Origin: an uncultured bacterium
Lineage (GTDB): Bacteria > Patescibacteriota > Saccharimonadia > Saccharimonadales > Saccharimonadaceae
Direction of reading: 5' to 3'
NCBI GenBank assembly: GCA_963526415.1
Contig: CAURNE010000002.1
Coordinates: 71,501-135,500, forward strand
Length of the DNA: 64,000 bases
The notes below the pieces were generated by a model. The model searched no databases. It was not told the DNA's origin and saw only the letters and a list, made by a program, of their open reading frames with translations. Of this stretch, positions 27,198-37,444 are shown piece by piece. Each line of letters opens with the position of its first letter. The first letter of the stretch is position 1. The translations under genes were made by a program, and so were the position numbers.

Positions 27198-29177
27198 ATG
27201 TTTAACTTAAAAAATATTTTTAGTGAAAATTCAGAAAATAAAAATTCAAACGATTCGAGTAATTTTTTGGGTGACGGAAAAGCGATTCTCGATGCCGTAG
27301 ACGATGGAGTCTTGGCAGTTGATTCAAAAGGAAATATTGTCACGATTAATCCAGCAGCCACACAAATCACTGGTTGGAGCGGAAGTGATGCGGTTGGGTT
27401 AATTTTTAATTCTGTTTTGAAGATTTCAAACAATGACGGAACGGAAATGCTGGATGTTTCAAACCCCGTAAATCGCGTACTTCAAACTGGAACTAATTTC
27501 ACAACGCGTGATCTTTTTGTTAAAACACCGAGCGGAAAAGTTGTGCCAATTTTTTTGGCAGTAAATTCGATTGGCGGACAAAATTCTGGAGTAGTAGTAG
27601 TTTTTCGCGATATTTCAAAAGAACTCAAAGAAAACCGTGAGCAGGCTGAATTTATTTCAACTGCGAGCCACGAAATGCGAACGCCTGTCGCCAGCATTGA
27701 AGGTTACCTTGGACTTGCCCTAAACCCCGCAACCGCAACAATCGATGCACGTGCAAAATCTTATCTTGAGAAAGCCCATGAAAATACTCGGCATTTAGGG
27801 CAACTTTTTCAAGATTTACTGGATATCACAAAAGCAGAAGACGGCCGATTAAAAAATGAGCCGGTAGTTTTGGACGCAATTGAATTTGCGCGAAATATTT
27901 GGGAAGGCTTAAGACAAAAAGCGAGCGATAAAGGTTTGAATTATATTTTTGAACCCGATTATCATAAAACGGGTGAAAAAACTCTCACGCCAGTATTTTT
28001 CATCCACGCCGACCGCGACCACTTGCATGAAGTCTTGAATAATCTTTTTGAAAATGCTATCAAATACACACCAAGTGGAAAAGTTTCAGTGAATGTGACT
28101 GGCGGAAACGACAATGTTGAGATCTCTGTAACAGATAGCGGAATCGGAATTCCGGCCGAAGACATTCCACATTTATTCCAAAAATTCTACCGCGTAGATA
28201 ATTCTGAAACACGCGAGATCAATGGCACAGGGCTTGGGCTTTTCTTGTCGCGAAAACTCACCGAATCAATCGGCGGGTCACTTAATGTTGAGAGTGAGTA
28301 TAAAAAAGGTAGTACTTTTACAGTGAAATTGCCACGAATTACGCGCGAAAATGCTGAAGCTTTAAAGGCGAAAGAAGAGGAGAAAAAGGCCGAAGAACAT
28401 CAAAAAATCGAAACTAAACGCAACCAACGCGAAATTGAAGAAGCTGACCGCGACATTGCGGCAATTCTTGAAAGTACTAAAGGTGAAAATCCGAGCGAGG
28501 AAGTTTTTGAAAAGGCGCACGAAATCCAGCCAAAAGTAGTACAAGTCCCAGTTGCAATTCCGCAACAAGTTTTAAATTCTCGACCCGTTCAACCGACACA
28601 ACCAGTTCAAATTCCGCAAGCATTTTCAAACATTCCACCAGTTCAACAGACTCAGCAACTGAGAGCAATTCAACCAAATTTATCAGCTCAAAATACTCAA
28701 AATTATGCTGGAAATGGTTTTTCAAATATGCAAACTTTCAAAATGGTGCAAAATCAAGCACAAATTTTAGAAGCTCAGCAACCGCGAATAATTCAACCAA
28801 ATTCACAGGCTCAAAATACTCAACCAATGCCTGGCTCGGCAAGTCTTAATCCAGCAATAATGCGTGCGAATGTTTCGCAAAATATTCAGAATTTACAAGT
28901 TGGGCAAGTTCGAAATCCGCAACAAGCTGTTCAACAAAACGTTTCACCAATATCAATGCAAATTCAAAATCTGGCACAAAATCCGCAAGTTGTTCAAAAT
29001 AATTACTCAGCACAAAATTCACAAGCGAAACAGATGTCGCAAGCAATTCGAATTTCACCGCCAACACCAATTCCAACTCCACAAATGGGTCAACTTCCGC
29101 CAAATCCGCCAAGCTTAAATGATATCGAGCGAATGAAAATCGAATATGCGCAGAGAATGATGGCACAAAGAAAGTAA
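27198..29177 (+). CDS. Cytoplasmic PAS-domain sensor histidine kinase with Q/N/P-rich C-terminal tail
   Basis: PAS (DGVLAVD..G.IV.INPAA..ITGW), EFISTASHEMRTP, NLFENAIKYT, DSGIGI, GTGLGL; start reset to ATG 27198. Confidence 0.93.
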   Translation: MFNLKNIFSENSENKNSNDSSNFLGDGKAILDAVDDGVLAVDSKGNIVTINPAATQITGWSGSDAVGLIFNSVLKISNNDGTEMLDVSNPVNRVLQTGTNFTTRDLFVKTPSGKVVPIFLAVNSIGGQNSGVVVVFRDISKELKENREQAEFISTASHEMRTPVASIEGYLGLALNPATATIDARAKSYLEKAHENTRHLGQLFQDLLDITKAEDGRLKNEPVVLDAIEFARNIWEGLRQKASDKGLNYIFEPDYHKTGEKTLTPVFFIHADRDHLHEVLNNLFENAIKYTPSGKVSVNVTGGNDNVEISVTDSGIGIPAEDIPHLFQKFYRVDNSETREINGTGLGLFLSRKLTESIGGSLNVESEYKKGSTFTVKLPRITRENAEALKAKEEEKKAEEHQKIETKRNQREIEEADRDIAAILESTKGENPSEEVFEKAHEIQPKVVQVPVAIPQQVLNSRPVQPTQPVQIPQAFSNIPPVQQTQQLRAIQPNLSAQNTQNYAGNGFSNMQTFKMVQNQAQILEAQQPRIIQPNSQAQNTQPMPGSASLNPAIMRANVSQNIQNLQVGQVRNPQQAVQQNVSPISMQIQNLAQNPQVVQNNYSAQNSQAKQMSQAIRISPPTPIPTPQMGQLPPNPPSLNDIERMKIEYAQRMMAQRK

Positions 29178-29227
29178 GCATAAAAAGTATAGATTTTTAA
29201 AGAAAAAAATTATATAATAGGAGTAGT

Positions 29228-30070
29228 ATGACAAAGATTTTATTAGTAGAAGATGATAAAAGTTTGCGCGAGATTTATGGTGTGCGATTATTAGCCGAAG
29301 GATACGACATTGTTTCAGCTGGCGACGGCGAAGAAGCACTCGCGATGGCGATTAAAGAGCGCCCAAATTTGATTGTTAGTGATGTAATGATGCCAAAAAT
29401 CTCAGGCTTTGATATGCTTGATATTTTGCGATCAACAACCGAAACGCGCGGAATTAAAATTATTATGATGACGGCGCTTTCGAGCGAAGATCAACGACGA
29501 CGCGGAGAAGCCCTAGGCGCAGATCGTTATTTAGTGAAATCGCAAGTTGGAATCGAAGACGTTGTGCGAACTGTACATGAAGTTCTTGAAGACGGCGATT
29601 TAACAGTCGAACAGCGAACTGCTCAAAAACAAGCGCCAGTTGCGCTAGAAGTTAGCGAATTTGCGCCCACAGAAACTCAACAATTCGCCGCACAACAACC
29701 TGCACCAATTCCAGTGCCACAACCAACTCAACAAACCCCAACTTTAAGCCCAGCACCCACACCAGCTATGCCAGTTTCAGAAAGACCAACAGCACCACAG
29801 GTGCCAGCTCGCCCAGCTATAAATTCAACACCGGTGCGTGCAGCTGTTCCAAGTTTAGCGCAATTTGAAAGAGAACGACCAGCTCATCAAGCACCAATTC
29901 AAATGAATCAAAATCCCACAACAATTGAAGCTCCTGCGCACCCAATTAGTGATTTCGTAAATCAACCACGAGTTTCAGCGCCACAACCAGTTCAGCAATC
30001 AATACCAGCTCCACAAATGAGCGGTGAAAATCCACTTAATAATCAACAACCTCCTTTTGGAGAGCAATAA
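29228..30070 (+). CDS. Response regulator receiver domain with P/Q-rich tail, no DNA-binding domain
   Basis: KILLVEDD...SDVMMPKISG...MMTAL...GADRYLVKS, then low-complexity region. Confidence 0.92.
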   Translation: MTKILLVEDDKSLREIYGVRLLAEGYDIVSAGDGEEALAMAIKERPNLIVSDVMMPKISGFDMLDILRSTTETRGIKIIMMTALSSEDQRRRGEALGADRYLVKSQVGIEDVVRTVHEVLEDGDLTVEQRTAQKQAPVALEVSEFAPTETQQFAAQQPAPIPVPQPTQQTPTLSPAPTPAMPVSERPTAPQVPARPAINSTPVRAAVPSLAQFERERPAHQAPIQMNQNPTTIEAPAHPISDFVNQPRVSAPQPVQQSIPAPQMSGENPLNNQQPPFGEQ

Positions 30071-30073
30071 ATC

Positions 30074-30766
30074 GTGAGCGAAAAATCCGAACGCCTAAAC
30101 AAATTCCTGGCTCTTCAGCTGGGAATTTCGCGTAGACAAGCAGATGAGTTAATTGAAAGAGGGCGAATTTCAATCAACGATAAAACCGCCAAACTCGGTG
30201 CACGTTTCGAAAATAACGACACGATTAAACTTGGTAAAAAAATTATTGCAAAAAATCCAGAAGAAAAAGTTTATTTACTTTTCAATAAACCACGCAGTTT
30301 TGTTTGTTCGCGAAAAAAGCAAGGTGAAAACGAAACGATTTATGCAATTTTACCGAAAGAATTTCACAACCTAAAACCTGTTGGGCGTCTCGATAAAGAT
30401 TCGAGCGGACTTCTGCTTTTAACTAACGATGGTGATTTTGTCTTTCAAATGACACACCCGAAATTTCGAAAAATTAAAGAATATTTAGTTTCGCTCGACA
30501 CACCACTTCAACCAATTCACCAGCAGATGATTGCCGATTTTGGCATAAATCTACCCGACGGAAAATCACAACTTGGGCTTGAACGGCTGGACGATTCGAG
30601 AAAAAAATGGAAAGTAGTTATGAGTGAAGGGCGCAACCGCCAGATTCGCCGAACTTTCTCGGCTGTAGGTTATGAAGTTCAAGAATTACACAGAATAGTC
30701 TTTGGCTCATATATTTTACCAAAAGATTTGAATTTTGGTGATTTTCGAAAAATTAAAAAACGATAA
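30074..30766 (+). CDS. S4-domain rRNA pseudouridine synthase (RsuA/RluB family)
   Basis: RLNKFLA...SRRQAD, NKPR, PVGRLDKDSSGLLLLTNDG, EGRNRQIRR; GTG start. Confidence 0.95.
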   Translation: MSEKSERLNKFLALQLGISRRQADELIERGRISINDKTAKLGARFENNDTIKLGKKIIAKNPEEKVYLLFNKPRSFVCSRKKQGENETIYAILPKEFHNLKPVGRLDKDSSGLLLLTNDGDFVFQMTHPKFRKIKEYLVSLDTPLQPIHQQMIADFGINLPDGKSQLGLERLDDSRKKWKVVMSEGRNRQIRRTFSAVGYEVQELHRIVFGSYILPKDLNFGDFRKIKKR

Positions 30767-30809
30767 TTTAGCAAAAAATAAAAGACCTCAAAAGAGGCCT
30801 TTTTGTTAG

Positions 30810-31295
30810 CTACTGTAATTCAGCAAGGTTAATCAATAAACTCATTACGTAACAGCTTGAAATCTCGACATTCTTATCAAGCATAATTTGACAAAAGATA
30901 TCCAAAATCTTTTCGAAATATTCTTTAATTTCAATTGGAATTTTATCTTCATTGCCAGAATTAGACTCGAATTCGCAAGCTCGAGCAATTTTTTCAGTCA
31001 AGCTTTTTCCGCGAAAATTAAAATAATGAATTTCTGTAGCATAAGTTCGCACAAGTTGTCCTGCCGCAACTGGATTTCCGAATTTTTCAATATTAATCTT
31101 AAGGACAAATTCATTTCGAACATCCAAGATTTCTTCAACATCAAAAAGATTTCGAAAAATCTCAAAATTAACATAAGGCTCACCGCTTACAAAAGCTTGC
31201 TCAATAATCTTTCGAGTATCTTCTGCAACTATTCGACGAGTTTTCATCGATGCTAAAGGAATGGTTGCTGTTTCAGTTTTAAAATGTTCTTGCAT
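30810..31295 (-). CDS. Hypothetical protein
   Basis: 161-aa ORF with GGAGG RBS and a shared terminator hairpin at 30780-30804. Confidence 0.65.
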   Translation of the reverse strand: MQEHFKTETATIPLASMKTRRIVAEDTRKIIEQAFVSGEPYVNFEIFRNLFDVEEILDVRNEFVLKINIEKFGNPVAAGQLVRTYATEIHYFNFRGKSLTEKIARACEFESNSGNEDKIPIEIKEYFEKILDIFCQIMLDKNVEISSCYVMSLLINLAELQ

Positions 31296-31412
31296 TTCTG
31301 CACCTCCAAAATTTTCTTGGATTTTTATTATATCATTTTTTTAGCTTTTTAAGCAAGTTTTTTACAATATTAATGTTGATTTTTGTTTTGAAAAATTATA
31401 AAATAATTAAAT

Positions 31413-32747
31413 ATGCTAAAAACTAAAAAAGAACTTCGAAAAATGTTTTTCGATAATTTTCTCGGTACAATTGCCGACAACCTTGTCGAAGCAAACTGGG
31501 CGCTAGTAATGGCTTGGTATCCAAATGCCGCCTATGCACAAAAATCACTCACAATGTTTGCCGTAACAGATACACTTTGGGTGGTGCTTTCTTGTGCGTA
31601 TTATGCCGTTCGAACAGCTTTAGTCTCGAATCTGCCAGCTTATATGGTGAATAAAAGTGCAGATAAAGCTTCGAAACCACTCAAAAATGCGCTCTATTTG
31701 ATTTACTTAATTTTAACACCACCAGCACTAATTTCGTTTATTTTTGCAGGAGAATTACTGAGTTCGCTTGGTGTTTCACAAGAACTTCTTACATTTTATG
31801 TTCCATATTGGCGAATTTGTATAGCAACGATCTTCTTGGCTTGCCCAAGCCAGATACTGATCACTTCTTATCTTAAAGCTACTTTTAGAACGAGACAGGC
31901 AATGCTTCTCGACCACGCAACAACCTGGACGATGGCAATCGGCTCATTTTTGGCGCTATGGGTTTTTGGCTGGGGTGCAAATGGAATGATGATAGCTTGT
32001 TTTTTGGCGAATGCTATACCACTAATTTATTTTTTGATTGCAAAACCTTGCCCAAATTTCTTTAAAAATGGTTTTGAAATTGATATAAAATGGATCAAAA
32101 AACTTTGGCTTAACACAAAATGGGAAATTATCCGCAGATTAGCACCACGAATTGCTGCGATTTTTACAACATCTTCATTATTGTATCTTTCGCCATCGTT
32201 TGTTTCAGCCCGATATTGGATCTACACGATCGGTGCTTTTCTTGAAGGTGTAGTAGATGCGAGTGCAAGTCTTGCAAATGTTGACGTTTCTTACAATTCA
32301 AAATTGGGCTTAAAAACTCAAAAAGAAGTTTATCAAAATAATAAATTTATTTGGCGATTAGCTTTAAAACTTTTTATTATTCTTACAGTTTCGATTGGGT
32401 TTTCGGCACCAATTTGGGTGAATATTATTTCAAACGACACAGCTGTAAAAAATGCAATTCTTAATCCAATGATTTTGATTCTATTCGCAATCGAAGTTGG
32501 CTCAAAAATTCGCTATTATATTTTGCTTTCAATTACGCGTTCATATTTGAAAAAATTTAACGGAAGAATGCAGGTAATCTACGCTTTATCGAGCAGTATT
32601 TTGACGCCTATCGGAATCTTCATTTTTCTCAAAACTCTCAATCTTGGCTTAACTGGCGTTTTTGTTACGACCGCGATTGTTGGATTTTTACAATTTGCAA
32701 TTTCTGAAATTTATCTTCGAAAACAAAAAGTTGAAGTTGATTTTTAA
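31413..32747 (+). CDS. MATE/MOP-superfamily membrane transporter (divergent)
   Basis: About 12 TM helices, 444 aa, WGANG....A and LNLGLTGVFVT motifs matching the two MATE halves. Confidence 0.7.
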   Translation: MLKTKKELRKMFFDNFLGTIADNLVEANWALVMAWYPNAAYAQKSLTMFAVTDTLWVVLSCAYYAVRTALVSNLPAYMVNKSADKASKPLKNALYLIYLILTPPALISFIFAGELLSSLGVSQELLTFYVPYWRICIATIFLACPSQILITSYLKATFRTRQAMLLDHATTWTMAIGSFLALWVFGWGANGMMIACFLANAIPLIYFLIAKPCPNFFKNGFEIDIKWIKKLWLNTKWEIIRRLAPRIAAIFTTSSLLYLSPSFVSARYWIYTIGAFLEGVVDASASLANVDVSYNSKLGLKTQKEVYQNNKFIWRLALKLFIILTVSIGFSAPIWVNIISNDTAVKNAILNPMILILFAIEVGSKIRYYILLSITRSYLKKFNGRMQVIYALSSSILTPIGIFIFLKTLNLGLTGVFVTTAIVGFLQFAISEIYLRKQKVEVDF

Positions 32748-32796
32748 TTTTTGAAAGTTTGAATTTTAAACAAAAATATGTTATAATTAAGATACT

Positions 32797-34257
32797 ATGT
32801 CTAAAAATCTCCCTAAAGTTGCAATTATTGGTCAAGCGAATGTTGGAAAATCTTCGCTTTTTAACCGAATGATTCGTGCCCAGCAAGCTGTTGTTGCGCG
32901 AGAAGCCGGAACAACGCGTGACAGTGTTCTTGGTAAAGTTAAATATAAAAAACAAGCTTTTTGGCTAATTGATACAGCCGGATTGAAGGATCCAAACGAC
33001 GAATTTGAAGCGACAATTCAAGAGCAAATTCAAGATGCGGTTGATGCCAGTGAATTAATTTTAGTGGTTCTTGATAGCACTAAACCTTTTTCGAACGAAG
33101 ATCGCTTGATTGCAAAAAAGGCTTTAAAATCTCGAAAACCGGTAATTTTAGTTTTGAATAAAACTGACCTAAAAGGGAACTTGTCAAACGAAGAATTTTT
33201 GCGGCTCGGAATTAAACCGATTATTCGAACTTCTGCCGAGCACAATGCCGGCGTTGATGAACTTCTAACTGAAATTGCTGAAAATATTCCAAAAGTTAAA
33301 GAAGAAAAACGCGACGAAGATATAATTCGCGTGGCTTTAGTTGGTCGCCCAAATGCTGGAAAATCCTATCTTTTCAATACTATGGCCGGCAAACAACAGG
33401 CAATCGTGGCGAATGTTGCCGGAACAACGCGTGATACTAACCGAACCGAAATTAAATTTAACGAAAAGACAATTGAGATAATTGATACGGCCGGAATGCG
33501 CAAACCTGGAAAACAAGAAGTTGGAATCGAAAAATTCTCAGTGCTTCGAACTTTGAATGCAATTGATGAAGCTGATATTTGCTTGCTTTTGATGGATGCA
33601 AATGAACTCAACACACAGCTCGACCAACGAATTGCCGGCTTAATTAACGATGCCGGAAAAGGGATGATTATCGTGGTTTCGAAATGGGATAGCGTTGAAG
33701 GAAAAGATGCTTATACTCGTGATGCTTTGGCGCCACGAATTGCTTATTATTTTAAATTTACACCTTGGGCACCGCTGATTTTCACAAGCTCAAAAACCGG
33801 CCAAAATGTGACTAAAATTTACGATTTAATCCTGAAAGTTCACCGCAACCGTGCAAGACAAGCAAAAACTTCAATCTTAAATCAGCTTCTACAAAAAGCA
33901 ACTCAAGCGCATCCGCCAGCAGGTTTGAAAAACACGCATCCAAAATTACGCTATATTTCACAAAGCGACAGCAACCCACCTTGGTTTATTATCCACGGCT
34001 CAAACTTAAAATTTGTTCACTGGAGCTATAAACGCTATTTGGAACGCTTGATTCGCGAGAATTTTGATTATTCCGGAACACCAATTAAGTTTTCTTTTAG
34101 AGACGAAAAACAAATCAAAGAAAACCGCGCAAGAATTTCAGCTGGTAAAAAAGTTATCAATAAAGCTTCAGGCGCACTTAAAAAAGCTACCGACACGCAA
34201 AATAAACGCGAACGCAAACGCGACGAAAAGCTCGCTCGAATTCAAAAAAATCAATAA
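32797..34257 (+). CDS. der: Ribosome biogenesis GTPase Der (EngA)
   Basis: Two tandem GTPase domains (GQANVGKS/DTAG/NKTD and GRPNAGKS/DTAG/SKWD) plus KH-like C-terminus. Confidence 0.98.
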   Translation: MSKNLPKVAIIGQANVGKSSLFNRMIRAQQAVVAREAGTTRDSVLGKVKYKKQAFWLIDTAGLKDPNDEFEATIQEQIQDAVDASELILVVLDSTKPFSNEDRLIAKKALKSRKPVILVLNKTDLKGNLSNEEFLRLGIKPIIRTSAEHNAGVDELLTEIAENIPKVKEEKRDEDIIRVALVGRPNAGKSYLFNTMAGKQQAIVANVAGTTRDTNRTEIKFNEKTIEIIDTAGMRKPGKQEVGIEKFSVLRTLNAIDEADICLLLMDANELNTQLDQRIAGLINDAGKGMIIVVSKWDSVEGKDAYTRDALAPRIAYYFKFTPWAPLIFTSSKTGQNVTKIYDLILKVHRNRARQAKTSILNQLLQKATQAHPPAGLKNTHPKLRYISQSDSNPPWFIIHGSNLKFVHWSYKRYLERLIRENFDYSGTPIKFSFRDEKQIKENRARISAGKKVINKASGALKKATDTQNKRERKRDEKLARIQKNQ

Positions 34258-34296
34258 ATTTCGCCCCGCGCTTGGGGCGATTTTCGAAAGGATAAA

Positions 34297-34857
34297 ATGA
34301 AAATCATACTTTTTCAAGGTAATTTTCCCGAAAAATATAATGGAACTCGCCACAATGCCGGTTTCGAATTTGCAGATTATTTAGCGAAAAAAATTAACGC
34401 AAAATTTCAAGAAAAGCCAAAATTTAAAGCTTTTATTGCTGAGATTTCGCTTTTTGGTGAAAAGGTTTTGCTTGTTAAACCGACAACTTTTTATAACGAA
34501 ACTGGCTTTTCGGCTCGTTCAATTTGTGATTTTTATAAAGTGGATTTTCGAAAAGATTTTTTGGCCGTTCACGATGATCTTGATTTAGATTTCGGCGTGG
34601 TTCGCGTTCGAAAAAGCGGTAGTTCGGCTGGAAACAACGGTTTGAAATCTTTAATTTCAGTTTTTGGTGAAGGTTTTCCGAGAATCAAAATTGGAGTTAA
34701 AAATGAATTTTTGCTAAAAATTGGCGCAATGAATTTTGTTCTGGCAAAATTTTCAAAAAGTGAAAGCGAAAAATTACCCCAGATTTTTGAAATTTGTGAA
34801 GATTTTGTTGAAGAATTTGCGAAAGATTTGCTTCAAAATGACAAGCGCTCAGTTTGA
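34297..34857 (+). CDS. pth: Peptidyl-tRNA hydrolase
   Basis: GN...KY.GTRHNAGF, KPTTFYN.TG, VHDDLDL, GSSAGNNGLKS. Confidence 0.96.
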   Translation: MKIILFQGNFPEKYNGTRHNAGFEFADYLAKKINAKFQEKPKFKAFIAEISLFGEKVLLVKPTTFYNETGFSARSICDFYKVDFRKDFLAVHDDLDLDFGVVRVRKSGSSAGNNGLKSLISVFGEGFPRIKIGVKNEFLLKIGAMNFVLAKFSKSESEKLPQIFEICEDFVEEFAKDLLQNDKRSV

Positions 34858-34889
34858 AATAGTTGCCGGAATTTGATATAATTAACTAG

Positions 34890-35369
34890 ATGAAAAAGGC
34901 TAAAACTAACGCAAAAAATATTGTAAATCGACGTGCGAGATTTGATTACGAACTCGGCGAAGAACTGGTTGCTGGAATGAGCCTTCGCGGCGTTGAGGTT
35001 CGTGCAGTTCGCGATGGTCGCGTTAGCTTGAAGGGGACTTTTGTGACGCTTCGAAAGGGTAGAAAAGGTGAGGAATTGTGGCTTAATAACGCCAGTTTTT
35101 CACTTAAAAATCAGGGTGAAGGACTTTCAAAAGCCGACACAATTGACACTTCACCTAAAAAATTGTTAGCAACTCGTAAACAAATTCAAAATTTTGCCGC
35201 GCAAAAAAAAGCCGGTTTAACTATTGTGCCTGTTAAAATTTTAGCCGAAGTGCGCTTTATTAAAATTATAATTGCACTCGGAAAAGGTAAAAAACAATAC
35301 GACAAGCGCGAAACTTTAAAACGTCGCCAATCTGAACGCGAAAACGCGAGAATGTTAAAGAGGTATTAA
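34890..35369 (+). CDS. smpB: SsrA-binding protein SmpB
   Basis: NRRARFDY...AGMSLRGVEV...GKGKKQYDKRETLK. Confidence 0.96.
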   Translation: MKKAKTNAKNIVNRRARFDYELGEELVAGMSLRGVEVRAVRDGRVSLKGTFVTLRKGRKGEELWLNNASFSLKNQGEGLSKADTIDTSPKKLLATRKQIQNFAAQKKAGLTIVPVKILAEVRFIKIIIALGKGKKQYDKRETLKRRQSERENARMLKRY

Positions 35370-36254
35370 ATGAAAATTTTTTCTTGGAATATTAACGGAA
35401 TTCGTGCGGTCGAAAAAAAAGGAAATTTAGCCGAATTTTTAAGTATAAAAAATCCCGATATCGCATGTTTTCAAGAAATCAAAATTGACGAGACACAAAT
35501 TTTGAAAGAGGATTTTGATGAAAAATATCCAGAATATTTTAAGTTTTATTCTCACGCTGAAAGAAAAGGTTACGCCGGAACAGCAATCTGGTCAAAACAA
35601 AAACCGCAAGCGATTTTGCGAAATTTTCCGCAACAAATTCTAGATAAATTTAATCTTGCCGATTCTTTTGGTGATTCTTCAACCGAGGGTCGAATTTGTG
35701 CTGCCAGATTTACAGATTTCTGGCTAGTTACTGTTTATACACCAAACACAAAAAATGATTTAGGGCGATTAAAATTGCGTGAAAACTGGGACGCGGCATT
35801 TTTGGAGTTTTCGAAAGGGCTTGAAAATGGAAAGTTTTCAAAAGAAGATTTTGCAGAAAATCTAGAAATTATTGAAGAAAATCCGCAAGATATTTTTAAA
35901 CCAAGTTCAGTTATCTTTTGTGGTGACTTAAATGTTGCACACGAGGAAATTGACCTTTCAAACCCAAAATCTAATCGCGGAAAACACGGTTTTACAGATG
36001 AAGAGCGCCAAGGGTTTTCAAATTTTATTTCAGCAGATCTTGTTGATATTTTTAGAACTCAAAACCCGGGAAAAGCCGAAATTTATACTTGGTGGAGTCA
36101 TTTTGCAAAATCTCGCGAGAGAAATGTTGGCTGGAGGATTGACTATTTTGTAGTTTCAAAAGGTTTAAATTCACAAAAAAATAAAGCTGAAATTCACAAT
36201 GAAATCCTTGGTAGCGACCATTGCCCAATTTCATTAGAGGTTATGGATGTTTGA
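35370..36254 (+). CDS. xth: Exodeoxyribonuclease III (AP endonuclease)
   Basis: SWNINGIRA, FQEIK, GDLNVAH, YTWWS, GWRIDYF, GSDHCP. Confidence 0.96.
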   Translation: MKIFSWNINGIRAVEKKGNLAEFLSIKNPDIACFQEIKIDETQILKEDFDEKYPEYFKFYSHAERKGYAGTAIWSKQKPQAILRNFPQQILDKFNLADSFGDSSTEGRICAARFTDFWLVTVYTPNTKNDLGRLKLRENWDAAFLEFSKGLENGKFSKEDFAENLEIIEENPQDIFKPSSVIFCGDLNVAHEEIDLSNPKSNRGKHGFTDEERQGFSNFISADLVDIFRTQNPGKAEIYTWWSHFAKSRERNVGWRIDYFVVSKGLNSQKNKAEIHNEILGSDHCPISLEVMDV

Positions 36255-37053
36255 TTTTTGGCATGTTCAGTCTTCAAAATTACTTTTCCCAGAAATCGAA
36301 TGGAGCAAACCTGAGCAAAAATCACACGCCGGAAAACTTTTAATCATTGGTGGCGGGGCGGGGGCTTTTCGAGGGTTGGCAATCGCCCACAAAACCGCAC
36401 TTAGAACTGGGGTTGGTGAAGTTCGAATTTTATTACCTGACAGTTTAAGAAAAGACGTTAAAATTGATTCAACCGAGCTAATTTTCGCAAAAAGTAATCT
36501 TTCAGGTGGATTTTCGAACGATTCCTGGGCAGATTTTAAAGCTGGTGAAAAGTGGGCAGATTCAATTTTATTTATTGGTGATACAAACAAAAATTCCGAA
36601 ACTGCAATTCTTTTCGAAAAATTCATCCTCGAAAGCGAAAAACCAATTTTCATTACACGCGACACGGTTGATATTCTTTTAGATTCGTTTAGCGAGATTT
36701 TATACAAGGAAAACGTTAGTATTTTAGCAAGTTTTGCGCAACTTCAAAAAATCTTTTCGAAAGTTTTCTACCCAAAAGTTTTAACTTTTTCGATGAATAT
36801 CTCAAATATTGCTGATATTTTGCACAAGTTTACTTTTTCATATCCAGCGCAAATCTTAACCTTAAACAACGCAAATTTTATCATTGCAGAAAACGGAGAA
36901 GTTTTTTCAACACCGCTTGATTCACCTTTAAACCTTGGAAAACTTTCACCAATAACGATTTGGTCGGGTGAAATCCCCACAAAAATCGCTGTCTGGCAAC
37001 TTTGGAATAAAAATCAGCGCTCAAAAGCGGCAATTACAGCAATTTCGTCTTAA
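36247..37053 (+). CDS. YjeF C-terminal/NnrD-like (ribokinase-fold) protein, divergent
   Basis: K.HAGKLLIIGG...A...ALRTGVGEV matches the YjeF_C N-terminal motif. Confidence 0.7.
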   Translation: MFDFWHVQSSKLLFPEIEWSKPEQKSHAGKLLIIGGGAGAFRGLAIAHKTALRTGVGEVRILLPDSLRKDVKIDSTELIFAKSNLSGGFSNDSWADFKAGEKWADSILFIGDTNKNSETAILFEKFILESEKPIFITRDTVDILLDSFSEILYKENVSILASFAQLQKIFSKVFYPKVLTFSMNISNIADILHKFTFSYPAQILTLNNANFIIAENGEVFSTPLDSPLNLGKLSPITIWSGEIPTKIAVWQLWNKNQRSKAAITAISS

Positions 37054-37057
37054 TTTA

Positions 37058-37186
37058 TTAAAATAATTTTAAAACAGCCTTTAAAGTTTGCGCAATTGAA
37101 TCAATCATAGTTTTAAAAAATGATTTAATTCCACCTAAATCTGTTCCAGCTACTAATCTTAAAAACAGGGGACTAAACCCGACCAT
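37058..37186 (-). CDS. Possible 42-aa amphipathic ORF overlapping the end of the coat-like gene
   Basis: MVGFSPLFLRLVAGTDLGGIKSFFKTMIDSIAQTLKAVLKLF; start lies inside the preceding gene; no clear RBS. Confidence 0.3.
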   Translation of the reverse strand: MVGFSPLFLRLVAGTDLGGIKSFFKTMIDSIAQTLKAVLKLF

Positions 37187-37350
37187 TTTTTTCCGCGGTT
37201 GATAACCTTTCGTACAATGGTAATACCTACCATACCTACAAGAATAGGGGCAACGAAAGTCAAACCGTTTGAAAATGCGCTTTCAATTCCAGTGATAATT
37301 TGAGTGTTCAAATTTTCTGGGAAATTGATTGTTCCAAAATGTTCAAACAT
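37159..37350 (-). CDS. Inovirus-like major coat protein candidate
   Basis: 63 aa: amphipathic N-terminal half, single TM helix (LTFVAPILVGMVGITIV), basic C-terminus RKVINRGKK; AAGGAG RBS. Confidence 0.6.
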   Translation of the reverse strand: MFEHFGTINFPENLNTQIITGIESAFSNGLTFVAPILVGMVGITIVRKVINRGKKWSGLVPCF

Positions 37351-37444
37351 TTTTCATCTCCTTTTTTAAAGTTAATATTGATTTTATTTTTGTTCGCTTT
37401 TTGTTTGCGATTTTGGACTAACAGTTAAAGTTTCACATAGGCTG

